A DNA stretch of 64,000 nt. It comes from Leucoraja ocellata. Its lineage: Eukaryota. How positions within the stretch are numbered: position 1 is the stretch's first letter; each line of letters opens with the position of its first letter. The stretch covers positions 5,332,001 through 5,396,000 of the forward strand of contig JAWMAR010000145.1 in assembly GCA_036785375.1 (NCBI GenBank), written 5' to 3'. This document shows, in pieces, positions 32,801-47,232 of this stretch. The notes under the pieces were generated by a model. That model was not told the origin of the DNA and did not search any database. It saw only the letters and a program-made list of their open reading frames with translations. The position numbers were made by a program, and so were the translations under genes.

Positions 32801-35800
32801 TGTGCATGAATAAACGTACCGTCGAGTCAAACGTTCACATTTATCCAATTAATCGAACTTCGAATTAGAATAATACGGTTGAAAGCAGAACCTGTTCACA
32901 TCATTAAGGCGCATACAGCCACCTGCCAGAGACTTAGTTATTTAAATACACATTGATACTTTAAAAGTTGAAATCCACTCTTGGTATAAAATGGGCATGG
33001 TATAAGCGCACGCGCACACACATATATGCAAAATAAAACATATAAACTAGGAATAAGTTTATGTCTATGTGCACGACAGCTGGAATGTGCCGACATGCAT
33101 ACAGACGATGCAAACAAGCGAGAGAAGTGAAACTTATAGAAAACCCATCCACTCACATGGCAAAGGACACACATGCATATTTAACCACTTTAACACACTC
33201 GGTTGCACGCACACTCGGACACATAGATAAACAATAAGAAGGTGAAGGGTGCTCTCACCGTTACAACAGAGATGTCTCATGTCAAACTTTGACTATAATG
33301 GGAAGAAAGTAACGAGCGCAGAGAAAAGGAGGTTTTAAAGGAAATCCCGTATCACGTTGCACTGCCATTGACTTTGGGAAACAGAACGTATATTAACAAA
33401 GTTACCTGAGATTGAACTTCACTTTAATAAGAACAATTATTCGTACATATGTTTATATTGTTCTTATCTTAATCTAAACTCCATGTACCGTTGTCCATGG
33501 AGCCTTTGTGGCTATATTTTCAGCAATGTAATCCAATGTTATTTTTTTCGAAACTAACGATAAAGTTATCGTAAGATTTTTTTCTAAATGGCACTTGTTA
33601 CCTTTCAATGAAATGTCTCCTGTATATTCAATGAAGTGGCCCGGTATATTACACAGATCCAATGTGCCTCAATGATTACAACGCAAAGTGTAAATTACGG
33701 GGTATGCAACGAAAAAAGACACCCGTGTAAAATGTTTTGCAGATCAAACAGATCTTATCCGTACAGTGAGCGTGATGTCGCAACTAAATTATCTGGTAAT
33801 ACCTTGCAGAATAATTTTTACTCTGTCCACATTTATACTATAAAGTAGTTAGCTCACGCACAACATTGTAAAATAACCAACAAGGGCAAGGAGATGTTCT
33901 CGTTGGCCCTTCTACAAGGTAGAGAGCTTTGAATTTTATCGATGACTGTTATTCTTTTAGAAAACACTGGGTTTTTTCTAAAATGCGGCAAATTAATACC
34001 GAGTGTGTTAACTAAATATCAGTTCAAGTTGGTGGCTTTCTTGTTTACAAGTATCTTCGCGTAAATAAAAACTACTTATGTTTTACTGGAAAGGAACATG
34101 ACGGTGTATTCAAGTTAAAACCGGGCAATGCTTATAAGAGTGGTAAATAATTTAGGTCAATGTATTTTGACTTCCGCGTAGTAAAAGTTATCCAAAGTCC
34201 TTCAAATTATTATCCAATATCATTAGATTCAAAAGAATAACATGTTACGCAGGGCTTTAAGCAGGGAAGTGATACTTAAAAATTAGATTCTGGAGGCAAA
34301 GTTGTACAGTTGCTGTCCATAATAGAGACAATGGAGTGAGTTGATCGACGTTCAACTTTAAAAAAATCCTCAGCAATACCAAACTTGTGGTAACCATTGT
34401 GACTAAAATCATAAAACAACAAAAATAAACCCCTTTCTATTTTATAACTTGTAAACGAATGTTCCCTAGATTTGCAACAGCAACGGCCCCCTTTCATATT
34501 CAAATGCATTGCTGTTCCTTTAATCTTGTGTCATGAAAGTTCTTTGCAATTATTTCAGTTCAGGGATACAATCTTTAACCTACTGTGGATTTTGGTTCAA
34601 CCCTTCTGGGACTTTGATTTTCACAGTGCTTTTACTGTGGATGTGTACATATAATTTATAATTTCTGTTTTAAAATTTCAGTACTATCAATTGACATGCG
34701 AGTTCCTGTGGGGTTTGCTTTAGACATTGCTGCTCGGGGGAATGGGCATATCGTTTAATAGGAGTTCGGTAGTTGAAGTTGGAAATCAAGTTTAATGTTG
34801 ATGGGAATTAGTAGCTTGCGTGGTACATTGGTGCGCGTACACATGCGGAGAAAAAGATTAGGAGTTTAACAAAAAATTATACTGTAGTCATAGGAAAGAT
34901 CAACTCGTCAAAAAATGCTGCTGATATTTTAAAGTATTCCCTGCATTTGGGAAATGAATGGAAATGTACCGTTAGATGTTTCTTTGTAATTTTGTGAAAA
35001 TAATTAGGGGAATATCGCACTCTATTTTCCAGTTACGCTAGATCCATGGCTTCCGCAAGTGAGAAATCTGCTTAATATTTAAAAACAACCAGGCACATAA
35101 CAAGTAAAAGGAAAAAAAATCAGTTTTCTTCACAATGTGTAAAAAAATCATCCCTATACAGTTAGAAAGTTTATGACTGTATTTACTTTTTATCCTTAGT
35201 CCCAAAGCAATAGAAAAAAAAGAACAGAACGGAAAGTCAATCAATTATTAATCCATTTGCAATTGTTGACTTTCGAGGGATTGGGAAAAGGATCTACGTT
35301 TGTGCATCGTTAATAAAAGTGCGAGTTAATACAAGATCAGGTTATTTGCTCGGTCTGCCGACCAATCCTTAATTCACCGAGAGAATTTTGCATGAAATGC
35401 TGGAACGAATGCACACAGGCACAACAAAGTGTGGCTCCAAATACCGAGAAATGTCGCCAGAAAATAAAGGGGTTATTTTCGAAAGATAGCAAACGACGCT
35501 GCTAATAATTTGCTATGGAAACTAATTCGAGGAAAGTCTAATTTACAAGGGATATGTCAATTGCTGTCATTTGTTCCACTGAATATGTTGCAAACAAATT
35601 TGAAACAGAAGAACATTTCTAACATGTCTGAAAGGTTTTCTCTTTGATCCTCTGATTTAGTTTTCCAATTCACAAGAGCCAGATTAATTCGCAACATTTT
35701 AGTCAGCTCGAAAAATCTAACAGCGTTTATTTTCTCGAAAAAAAATATTGCGAATTACTCTAGCTTGTGAATTGCAAAACTGAATCAGGGGATCAAAGGG

Positions 35801-38800
35801 TAAACCTTTCAGACATGTTAGACATTTTATTTCGAGAAAATAAAAGTTACTTCCACATTCCAGCAGAGCTGTGCTCCTGCTGGGTGGGGGCACTACGAAG
35901 GTAGCCTCGGCGAGTAGCACTGCTGTCGGCTATATTGCTGAATGTTTACTAACAATTCTGGCAACTTTCTAAAAACATTTAGGCAAGTGAATGCTATGCT
36001 GCTTCAGATAGGATATATCTTGTCAGTTGTTAAGTACGGTTAATCGCTGGCCTCGATGGATACATATTTCCTTAATGGAAATGTGATTTGAATATTTTTT
36101 CAGCACCGACACATTCAATAGCACATCCAAACTTCCCAACATGCACACGAAATGTGAAGTGTTTTGAAAGTTGGTGTGTCTGAGTATGTTAGACTGGGGA
36201 TCGCGGTTCCAACTCTTCGAGCGTGGTACAACGGTGTCCCCTATCGGTTAAAATAAGAAACTACAACTTTCCATGGTTTTCAAAACCTGCAACAAATACA
36301 AACAAAAACCTGTCCGAAATGAATGCTTAAAAAAAAAGAAATTCTATACGGCGACATCATTGCTTTTAATCTTTTTTTTTTTTTGCGGGGGAGGGGGGAT
36401 TAAACTGAACAGAATTGCTTGAGAATTCGATGGAAAGTAAGATTTATTTGCAGAATCGGTAACACATCCAGCGTGGCCAAATCATTTGCTGATTGTTCTT
36501 ATCAGAGTGACTGTTCTCTCTGATCAATCAATCACACATTGATCAGTCCATCTGAAACCTGGGTCCACAGTTTTATTGCGATGTACTGCACAGACAAGTA
36601 ATAAAACACGGATTCCATTACAATCTCAAATTGTCATGTTAGTTCATTTAAGATGTCATGGTATAACTGCCACCGTGCAATGTTTATCATTAATTAAACA
36701 AAATGTTGTTATATTATGGTCAATACCAGTTAGTTCCGGTGAGTGACAATGTACATGTTAATGAGATTATTTAGTTTCAATTGAAGGTGAATGATATTAG
36801 TTCTACTCGGTAACACACTAATATGATGCTCTCGATAAAATGCAAAACATTACATAGTCCCGCCCTGCGACAATCACTCTGGCTGAATTCAGAACATCAC
36901 AAGTAATTATTATTCCTTAGATACAAGTCTTATTCGGGATTCCTTTAAAACGTCAGCTGCAAGCACTTGTATTCACGTGGCCGCACATGGCAAAATATAG
37001 CCGATTTCATTCAGTAGAAATATTAGCTTCCCGGGTCACCGAGTTCAACTTCGTTTCCATTTCTTCCAAACCCGAGTGAGTATCTGAGGTTGCTGCGAGT
37101 TTCAGAACTGCTGTCGTGGCATTACCAGCAGACACGCCATTAGGATATTAAGGTTTGCAAGTTGTGACAGCCGAAAACAACATTAAAATCGTTTTATCAT
37201 GTTATGATTATATGAGATATGTATCGTTGGCAGAATGGAGGAAACCACCACGTTTATGGTTTGAATGTGAAGTTACTTTATGGGTTATCATTACAATCGG
37301 ATTATTTCACTTCACATAACACATCGTTTTTAAAGTACAAACTGTAACAGTTGACAAAACCAGCATTAGCTTTTGAGCTAAATGAACGATATTCAACATT
37401 AAACAAAGACGTATAAAAAATCTTTGGTATTATTTGCAAATTTATTTTAATAGGTATAGTTTATCCCACGTGTAAGGAATTTGCTCAGCTTTGCTCGATC
37501 GCTAAATGCGGAAACTATCTAGATTTCTGCTTAAGCACCCGGTATCAAAAATAACTTTGACGTTCTCTAAGTTGTTGAGGTAACCGAGATGAAGTCCACA
37601 AACAGCAACGAATTGACTTTCCTTTCGTACTCCAACACACAATACAACTTTGAAAACAAGCTCGCCCCTGGGATGCTGTAATTTACACTGTATATTTTTA
37701 ATATCTTGGTATTGCAATGTTTATCATGGCTTATATATGTGTGTTATGTATTTCGATTAAGAGGAAGTTTTTTTTCATGCCATTCACGGAGTTACAAATG
37801 TTTCCCGCAGCGCCCTTCGGCGATAATAACAAAATGTAGTTACGGATAACGAGTGTGGCGAATACGAGGATGCTTAATTGGTGGAATATCTGTCCGGGGG
37901 TCGAGTTTTTGTTTTATATAAAGGGGAGACTAAGGTAGTGGATGATTTAAATTGCACACAATTAAAGAAGGAGGAATCTGAGGAGACTTTGTTTCTTTAT
38001 TTTGAAATGAACAAGAGTCAGGTTTCCAAATAATGTGTGACCTATTTTTGGAATTGCTATCACATTAAAAAGAGAATGTGTCGAGTTAACAGACGTTTAT
38101 AACAAACACGGCATTCCGAATATTGTAATGCAGGCAATGCCTGATTAGGGGAATATTCCTACTGAAGAAGGTCAATGAAACAAGCCCTTGGTTCACTTTG
38201 TCATTTAACAACTATCGAGCAGTCAATCCGTCCTTACCATATACAAACAGCTTTAGGATTTCACTGACTGCCTTGATGTCAGGTACGATCAAATCCATCC
38301 TTCCCTCGTCACGTCTGATATGAACATTTTAAGGAACATCCTGTGAATATTCCACATCACAATGTCTACTATTCAAGTTTCTTCATTGGCTGCAAAGCGC
38401 TTTTGTGGTCACGAAGGTTCTTAGAGGCTTAGAGCAAGGAAATAGGCCTTTTGACCCACCGCGTCCAAACCGATCTTTCTACGTTAATCCTCTATTTACT
38501 CCCCTCGCATCCCTTTTCATTCCGCTCGCCCTATTAGCGCCATTTATTCCCTATTGTTCATTGTCATACCCTCCTACACTGTCTTCATTCCTTATGCGAA
38601 CTTACAGCATGAACACAGTGGCCTGCCCACACCCAAGGCCCGGATCCAGTTAAATTCCTCATCGTTTGCATTGATCGTCAAAAGACCGTGGTCTGAAATG
38701 TCAGTGCGTTTACACAAGATATGGGCGGAAATTAAGCGTTGTAACATTTTGCAACGCCCCACTCTGTGCTGTTTAGTTTTGTGTTTGTTTAATAATAACT

Positions 38801-40499
38801 TTAAGAGCAGGAGCCTACATCTCCGTTCAACCAAAAAGGCTCAACTTACTCATTAAGCTCAACTATTCCGACCTCATTAAAGCTTTCCTTAGGTTGCTTG
38901 AAAGGCTAAATAAAAGTACGGAGTCAGTACGAAATCAATGTTTCCAAACCGGTTCACACTCACAATCAAAGCTTGCAAATGGATTTAAATTGAAAATGAA
39001 TGTCAAGAAGCCAACCTTGAACAGGTGCTTCTGCCAGCGGGAAGCACCTCCACCGACCCACTTCATGAATTAAACAAGCCGCCTATGTTAGGCGTGTTAC
39101 CGGAGTCTTTAAGATTCCCTATCTCCATACTGCTGTGAAGAAATAAATTTGGGATGGGGGTAAAAAATGTTTGTTTTTTTTGTGATTGGCAAGTCTAGAT
39201 TTTGTAGGCAATAACTTGACAGGACATGTACCGCATTGAAGGCCAGGGATTGAACAGAAAAGGCGCATCGTCGGCAAAATGTGCTTGAGTTTGTTATGTC
39301 AGGACTCCAGTATGGATTCATGCAAGTAACCTATCTCAGAATTGCTTTTCACCGTCGTGAACCTGACAATTAATGATCATAGGCTCCCACCTTGATTTTA
39401 ATATGATATATAAATATATGAATGGCGATTTGTTTAACACGAACGAAAGTCTGCTCAATACCAAACACACGACATCAAGATTTCAAGTTTGACTAGATCG
39501 CACCGAACACTACCGCGAATTAAAAATTGGTCCACTTTCTTGCAAATATTAACTTATCGCAATTTGAATTATTGATCCAACTTCCTTGTAACCAATCTCA
39601 ACTTTGAAGAGATCATTTAACATCTTGCAGTAATTTGATTAAAAAAAAATCTACAGTAGGCCCAGATTTGTTATTTTCATTATATGCAAAATAATCTAAC
39701 TAAAATGTTTATTGAAACACTATAAGACTAATTCTTGTTCATAGGGAAATACATTAAATCATACTTTGTGGCATTTAATTAAACTAAATCTCAATGCAAT
39801 CACCAGCACACGTTATGGTAAATTTTACAAAGAAAATATATAATATCTGGCGGGGAAAAAAATGTAGGAAGAACTCAACCGGTCAGGCAGCATATATGCA
39901 GGAAAACAGGCAGACGGCATTATCGGTGCAGATATTTCTTCAGACCTCAGATACCTGATCCGCTGACTCCTCCATCAATTTGTTTGTTTTTTTTACTCAA
40001 GATTCCAGCATCTGCGGTCTTTTATGTCTCGATTGTTTGCGAAGACTGATACAGTAAGGACTGTGGCGATGCTTCAGTCTGGTTTCAACGTTTTTCACAG
40101 AGATCCGTCATTTAATCTTCAGCCTAATAATATTTAACACACTCTAAAATTATTATTTTAAGTGAATAATCTAATTTCAATTAAAGTAAGGTGCCTGATG
40201 GCATTCGACTCGACGAGCGAAGTAGAGCATTGGCTTTATAAATGTCATAAAAACACAGTAAAATGTTAATTTTCAGATTCTCCCGAAAATGACAAAACTG
40301 GTTCTTTGTAAAAAAAATCGCAATATAGAGTTAACACATGTGTTAACGTTAAGACTGGCACTGCGTTGTACAGTGCACATATATTTCTTAGTGACACATC
40401 TCGATAAAATGAAGAGTTGTACAGCTAATTGTAATTACGGAACTTCAGTTACCTACAGTTTAAACATCGGCAAAACCCATTGAAAGCAATTGATTAGTC

Positions 40500-42240
40500 A
40501 GTTTCCAGTTATAATCGGAGTAAAGGAGAGACTCAGAATATGTTGACAAGGTACTAAATGAATACTTTGCACTTGTATTCACCAAGTAAAAGGACATGGA
40601 TGAGTTAGATCTGTGTGGGTTTACTAAGTTGGAGTTCATAAATTCATGTTACAGGAGCAGAATTAGGGCATTCGGACCATCAAGTCTACTTCACCATGCA
40701 ATCATGGTTGATCCATCTTTCCATCTCAACCCTCTACACCTGCCTCACCCCCATAATTCCTGACACCTGTACATTCAAGAATCTGTCAATCTTCACCTTA
40801 AAAAATACCCAATGACTTGGCTTCCACAGCAATGAATTCCACAGAATCACCATTCTCTGACTAAATAAATCCTTCCTTATCACCTTTCTAAATCTCCATC
40901 TATTATTTGGAGACTTTGGTCCTAGACTCTCCCATTAGTGGAAACATCCTCTCCACGTCCACTCTTTCCAGTCCTTTTATTATTTGGTGCGATAGAGAAG
41001 CAGATGATGTTGGAACCATTGAAAAGCATGATGATAAATCCCTAAGGCCTGATCAGATCTATCCCAGGCTATTGAGTGAGGCAACAAAGGAGATTGGAGG
41101 GGCCTTGATAAAGATCTTTCTATTACCTCTAAACACAGGTGGGGTCACAGATGACTATGTAGCCAATGTTTTTACTTTGTTTAAGAAGAGAAGTAGATAT
41201 TATCCAGGAAGTTATCAGGCAAAGCTATTTGGTGAAGATTCTTCAGGATTGGATTTACTCACATTTGGAAGAGAATGTGTTAATTGGGGGTAGTCAGTGT
41301 GGCTTTGTCTACAAAAGGTCATGACTTACTAACTTGATTGGGTTTCTTGAGCTGGCAATAAAGGTAATTAATGAGGGCAAGGCAGTGAATGTTGTCTACA
41401 TGGATTTTTTTAAATAATGCATTTGATACTCCCCCATGGTGTATATATAGATGACTAGGACATGAATGTAGATGGGTACATTAGTAAGTTTGTAGACAAT
41501 ACCAAATTTGGTGGAGCTGCAGACAGTGGAAAAAGCTGACGAGGGCTACAGCAGGATATAGCTCCCTGAAAGTGTCAACACAGGTAGATAAAGCGGTGAT
41601 GAAGGTATATGAGATACACTGCATCAGTCGGGGCATTGAATATGAGTCAGAAAGTCATGTTGCAGCTGTATAAAACTTTGGTTTGGCCACATTTGAAATA
41701 TTGTGTGCTGTTTTTATTACCCAATTGCAGGAAGTATGTGGTTTCAGGGGAGGGTGCAGGAAAGGTTGTAGCAGTATTCTGCTTGAATTGGAGGATTTTG
41801 GTTATAAGGAGAAGTTGAACTAACATGGCTTTGTTGTTTCAGGAATGTCAGAGGTTGAGGAGGAGACGTGTTTGAAGTACAATAAATTCTGAGAGGCATA
41901 AATAGGGTAGACAATCACAACCCCTTTCCCAGAGAGGAAATGTCAAAGACTAGAGGGTGTAGCTTTCAGGTCAGAGGAAGAAAATGTAAAGAAGATGCGT
42001 AGAGCAAGTTTGTTCCATAGAGCGTGGTGGGTGCCTGGAATGCGTTGCAAGTGATGGTGGTGGAAGCAGATACATTAGTGGCGTTTAAAAGGTTTTTAGA
42101 TCATTATGTTGGTATGCAGGAAATGGAGGGATATGTATCACATCCAACCTGAGTAGATTAGTTTAACTTGGCATTATGTTCGGCACAGACATTGTGCCTG
42201 AAGAGCATGTCCCTGTGCTGTACTGTTCTAAGTTCCATGT
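40500..42240 (+). mobile_element. Long degenerate CR1 LINE ORF2 remnant with a nested minus-strand CR1 tail (~40630-40985)
   Basis: DKSLRPDQIYPRLLSEATKEIGGALIKIF..ANVFTLFKK, VNVVYMDF, SKFVDNTKFGG, MLQLYKTLVWPHLKYCV, then a CR1 3' UTR. Confidence 0.88.
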
Positions 42241-44779
42241 TCTTTATATATGTGTATTGAAATAGGAGGACCTTCCAAAACGTAGATAAGAACATAAAAT
42301 GTTCCCCTCTCTCTCATAGCTGTTCAAAGTCTAGTTATACTTCATGGACCCCAAATCCATTTAGTTTCATGGTTAAATCTAGGTTCTGGCTATCAAATTG
42401 GAATTTATTAAATCCTAACCATTCAGTAGTACTTCCAGTTACTACAGAGGGACATCATTTACAAATAGACTCGAGGCTACAATCTCCTTCTAAATGATCT
42501 ATATATCTTTCTCCTAATATCCAAACAGCGGGGAATGTTAGCCGACATCACTTTGCTGATCCAAATCAATAAAACATGTTTCTTTATTTTCTGCATATGC
42601 CACATTGATATTATAATGAAACAGGAAAAAAAAGACATTTTTGAGCATAATGCGGGCTTGTGGCGGGAGTTTAATTTTGTACATGATTTTTTTCCAAGTC
42701 TTCATTTACCAGAGGCTGATGCTACAACATCTGGTTCATCCCACTTAACCTTGACAGGAAAATCAAAGCACAAATAAACCAAGGTAATATTCTTTATTTC
42801 ATGAAACTCAGCCTCATTTATTATATGATAAAATACTGCTCTTGTAATCATTCTTGATTCCACAAAGATCCTCCACCACCTACGATGCAAAAGAAAGGAC
42901 TGTGATGGAATATTCTCCATTAACCTAAACGGATGCAGCTGCAGAAAACTCAAGGAGCCTCAAACATTCAGGAACATTTTCATTTAATCAACGTGCATTA
43001 ACCTAATCATCGACGACCAGAATGCCAATCCCACAGAGTGCAATGTAGCAACTTGCTGTGACATCTTTGGTAGCTTCCCCAACAAAAGCACAATCTTTGT
43101 ATTGCAGCCATATCTGAGATGCATTATGAACACCATCAACTCCAGGTTCCTTCTGCAGACACGCCATAATGTCTTAAACTTTTATAATTAGTTGCTAAAG
43201 TTCCTGCAACAGTATTGCACTAGCTCCTTTATCATATAGAGTATTAAAGCCTAAGAAATGTCCTTTAACTATCACTAGGTAACAAGGGATTAACATTAAA
43301 TGCCATGTCGATCCTTAATCTGCACAATTTCAGAATTTAAAACAAAGTGTTTAACTGTACTTGGTACCAATCAAACAACGGAGTTAATATTAAAGATTTC
43401 AGTAGTAAATTGATGGGTGATACAATATTAGATGGTGAAAATATGTCAGAAGAGTTGAGAATACACATGGCATTCAGTCTTGATACAGATAGGTTGTCAT
43501 AGAATCCCTCCAATAAAGCTTCAAACGTATATTTGAAAAGATCTTAGATCTAATCTTCAGAATCACAGAGCTCACAGAGGGATCAAGCATTTGAAAAAGT
43601 AAATAGATACTGTGGAAGAATGAAAATCAGAAGCCCATGAGCAAATTGTAATACTTAGCTGTGAGGTAAGCGGGAAAGAAAGAAAAACAAGCAAAGCAGC
43701 CCTTAATTTGGTAATTTTCCCATCCACGTGGTCAAATGTGAAAGGGAGATAAAATGCAACGTTTTCCAAAGTAGAAGATGCAGGAAATGCTGAGCAAGTC
43801 AGCAAGAAGCTGTGGTGAAAGTCAACACCTTCATTCCAAGTCCAACCCTAACATTCACCAAAAGACAAACCGTGACCGGTAGGACTCAAGGCAGCTCATA
43901 CCATCCTGATCTACTATAAATCCAATGGAAAACTACCAGAGAAAAACATGTACAAAAAGGAACATTATACAGACTAAATCTGAAAGTAAGTACAAAGAGT
44001 GCTTGGAGCTGTTTAGCAGGCATGGCAACATGTATAGAAATAAGATTGCTGCCTACCTTGTAGCAGTTCATGCATTTTCTATTTTTACAAATAAATTTAG
44101 TCGAAACTTTATGACAATATTTCACTTCTCTCTAATTAAGCCATCTCCTATAATAATTAATTTCACATCAAGCAAGGTAAAATAATCAGCAGCCCTCAGA
44201 GATCTAGAATGCACAGCAAACAGATCAATTTAAAACATCCCATTATGTTCACCACTGGGACCGTGCAAAAGAAAAAACAACTGCAGTTGGTTGAGTGTGA
44301 TGGAGGCAACAAATGAACTCCATCTTCCTGTGGGATCCTGCCCAATGTGACTGGATTCAGACCAAGTCAAGAGGTGTTCAGGTGGGAGCCAATTCTGTTG
44401 AACCGGCTGAAACACTGAACTGGTCAAATGTAAACATGTGTGGTCTTTCTGCTGACTGGTTAACACACAACAAAAAGCTTTTCACTGTACCTCAGTACAT
44501 GTGACAATAAAATAAAATAAACTAAGCTGAACTGTCTCAGGTCAGGAATATGCATAATCGGGTACAAATCAGGTAGACCTTTTTCAACTATTTCTATCAC
44601 AGAAATACATTGTCTAATGGTATTGCACTTGCAGCCCATATGGCTTGTTTTTCATCAAACATTACATGTGCATCTGCCCTCATAGCTTCACCTTCCTCTC
44701 AAGAATAATCTGATGAGTGATGAACTTTCTTCTCATTACCATTGAGTGGTAAACTGCCTCTAGTGCTTCCCTCTCTGAT

Positions 44780-45350
44780 TTACTATCACACACGTGTGAT
44801 TCTTCATCACCCATATTTGTTCCTTCCCTCGTCTTGCTCCCAACCGCACACACTTTACCAACGGGACCCCTTTTTCACCTGGCTTCATCTGCCCTTCATC
44901 TCCCCCTTAAACGGTTGCCATTATTATCTTTCTTACTTCCCAGATTCCAGCACTTGTAGCCTTTGCACCCCTGCTTCTCACCCCTCAGCTTCTGTCTCCA
45001 CCTTCACCCTCTCTTCCCTGGTCATTGTTTTCCCTTGTGTTGTTCACTTATCGCCCATGTGCTTCTGCCTCCCAGCTCCACCTCTCTCCCCCTCCATTTG
45101 GCTCCTTCTGCCCATCATCCCACATTCCTCCTTGGTCCACCTTTCATCCATCAGTCTCTGTCTCAACCTTCCTCTTCTCTCCTTGATATCGGCCATCTTC
45201 CCTCTCCATTATCAGTCCTGACAGAGGTTCTCAACCGGAATTGTTGACAGCTCCTTTTCCGCACAGATGCTGTTCAACCCGCTGAGTTCCCCAGTAGATT
45301 GTTTTTTGTTTGCACCAGATTCCAGCATCTGCAGTTTCCTGTGTTTCCAA
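44780..45350 (+). mobile_element. Pyrimidine-rich PLE tail with degenerate terminus
   Basis: C/T-rich tract then CAGATGCTGTTCAACCCGCTGAGTTCCCCAG...AGATTCCAGCATCTGCAG. Confidence 0.6.
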
Positions 45351-45519
45351 TAAACTTGAAGATGGACTTGCACATTTACCCCTAGATAGCTTTGAGGTAA
45401 TCCAAAACTCTACTGCAAACTCAGACCCTTTTATTCATCACACTGTGCTTGCAGACTTACGTTGATTCATGGTTATCCCAGGCATCACTTTTCAACTGAG
45501 AAGATAATAGTAACATATT

Positions 45520-46710
45520 GCAGATTAATGGAATGGGCAGTCACCAGGCAGAATAAGAGAAATGTGAGATAAAGAATGAGAAAAAATATAGGATAAGGGA
45601 TGCTATTTTAAAAGGGAGGGCAGACATAGAAGGACTTGGGAGTACAGGTGCACAACGTTTGAAACCGGTAGGGCACACATTGAGTGAATGGATAATAAGA
45701 CGTGCACTTGTGGGTTTTGTCAATGTATAGATTATATAAGCAAGGAAGTAAAGCTGAACCTTTACATAATGGTGGTACGATCTCAAACAGTATTGCATTC
45801 AGCTCTGATTGCCACATTATACAAAGGATGTGAAGGCATTAGAGAAGGTCCAGAAAAGATTTACGAGAATGGTTCCTGAGATGAGGCACAGCAGTTAAAA
45901 GGATAGATTAGAGGGGTTCAATGGTTCAATGGTTCAAGTGTTCAAAGGTTCTCTATTGTCACATCTGCAGAGCACAGTGAAATTCTTTTGCACAAGCCAC
46001 AAATGCACATATTTTAATGATGTTTACAAAGAAAAGTCCAAGGCCAAATCTGGTCCACATGTTGGACATTCTGGAGCGCCTCTGATACAGGTAAACCCTG
46101 GTAAGATAAGGCTGCTGCAGGCCCGTGACCCGATGTCCCATTCCTCGCCCAACCGCCTCTGTATCTTGGGAGGGGGTTGGGGAGGAGCGACACCTGCAAC
46201 TGACCTTAAAGGCACTGGAGGCAATATCCTGGTCCCTCTCTGAGTTTGTCATCACCAGTAACTCCCTCATCTTTCTGGTCTTTGGGGCTTTCAAGCTTCC
46301 ACCTGAAGGCAGGGGCATTTTTCTCGAGAGAGAGAGAGAGAGAGAGGATCAGTCAAAATGGAGATGTGTTAGATATATGTATAAAATAATGAGGTCTCTG
46401 GATGCAATGTGGAGCCTGTTTCCATTGGTGGTGGGCTAAACTAAAGAAGAAGGGATCTGAGAGTGACATGAGGAGAAACAACTTTTATGCAGCATGTGGT
46501 TGGAAATTGGAATGCATTGTTGCAGATGTGGTGGCTATAGGTTCCATTAAGTCTTTCATGAGAGAATTGTATAAATACTTGCAGGAAAAAAATTGCAGAG
46601 CTATGGAGCTGGTGGGAGGGTGGAAGTGGTGGGCTGATCTGGTGGAAAGCTGGCATGGACCTGATGGCCTAAATGGCCTGTTGTTATATTGTAACCATTA
46701 AATTATTCTA
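45520..46710 (+). mobile_element. Old CR1 LINE fragments
   Basis: Degenerate KEVKLNLYIMVVRSQ...EKIYENGS (LVRPQLEYC...QKRFTRM-like) and a CR1 3' end at 46350-46710. Confidence 0.7.
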
Positions 46711-46715
46711 TGATA

Positions 46716-47024
46716 CATTAGAATTTTAGACTTTAGAATTTAGAGATACAGTTTAGAAACAGGCTCTTCATCCCACCGAATCCGCGCCAACCAGTGATCT
46801 CCCTGTACACGGGTGCTATCCTACACACCACGGAAACGTTATAATTTTACCAAAACCAATTAACCTACAAACCTCTATGTCTTTAGAGGAAACCGGAGCT
46901 TCCGGCGAAAACTTACACAGGTCACAGGGAGAACATACAATCTCCTTACAGACAGCACCTGGATCGAACCAAGGTCTCTGGCACTGTGAGACAACAACTC
47001 TACCGCTGCGCCACTGTGCCGCCC
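46716..47024 (-). mobile_element. HE1-type tRNA-derived SINE
   Basis: Revcomp GGGCGGCACAGTGGCGCAGCGGTAGAGTTG...GGTTCGATCC. Confidence 0.88.
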
Positions 47025-47049
47025 TATGCTGCGAACATAATTTCAGATC

Positions 47050-47232
47050 AGCTATATTTAAGAGGGAGTTAGATGTGGCCCTTGTGGCTAAAGGGATCGG
47101 GGGTATGGAGAGAAGGCAGGTACAGGATACTGAGTTGGATGACCAGCCATGATCATATTGAATGGCGGTGCAGGCTCGAAGGGCCAAATGGCCTACTCCT
47201 GCACCTATTTTCTATGTTTCTATGTTTCTATG
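47050..47232 (+). mobile_element. CR1 3' end with (TTCTATGT)n tail
   Basis: IFKRELDVALVAKGI; TTTCTATGTTTCTATGTTTCTATG. Confidence 0.85.

Noticed and set aside
44742-45247. 159 aa Leu/Pro/Ser-rich ORF
   Set aside because: A pyrimidine-rich TE tail that lacks stops by composition.
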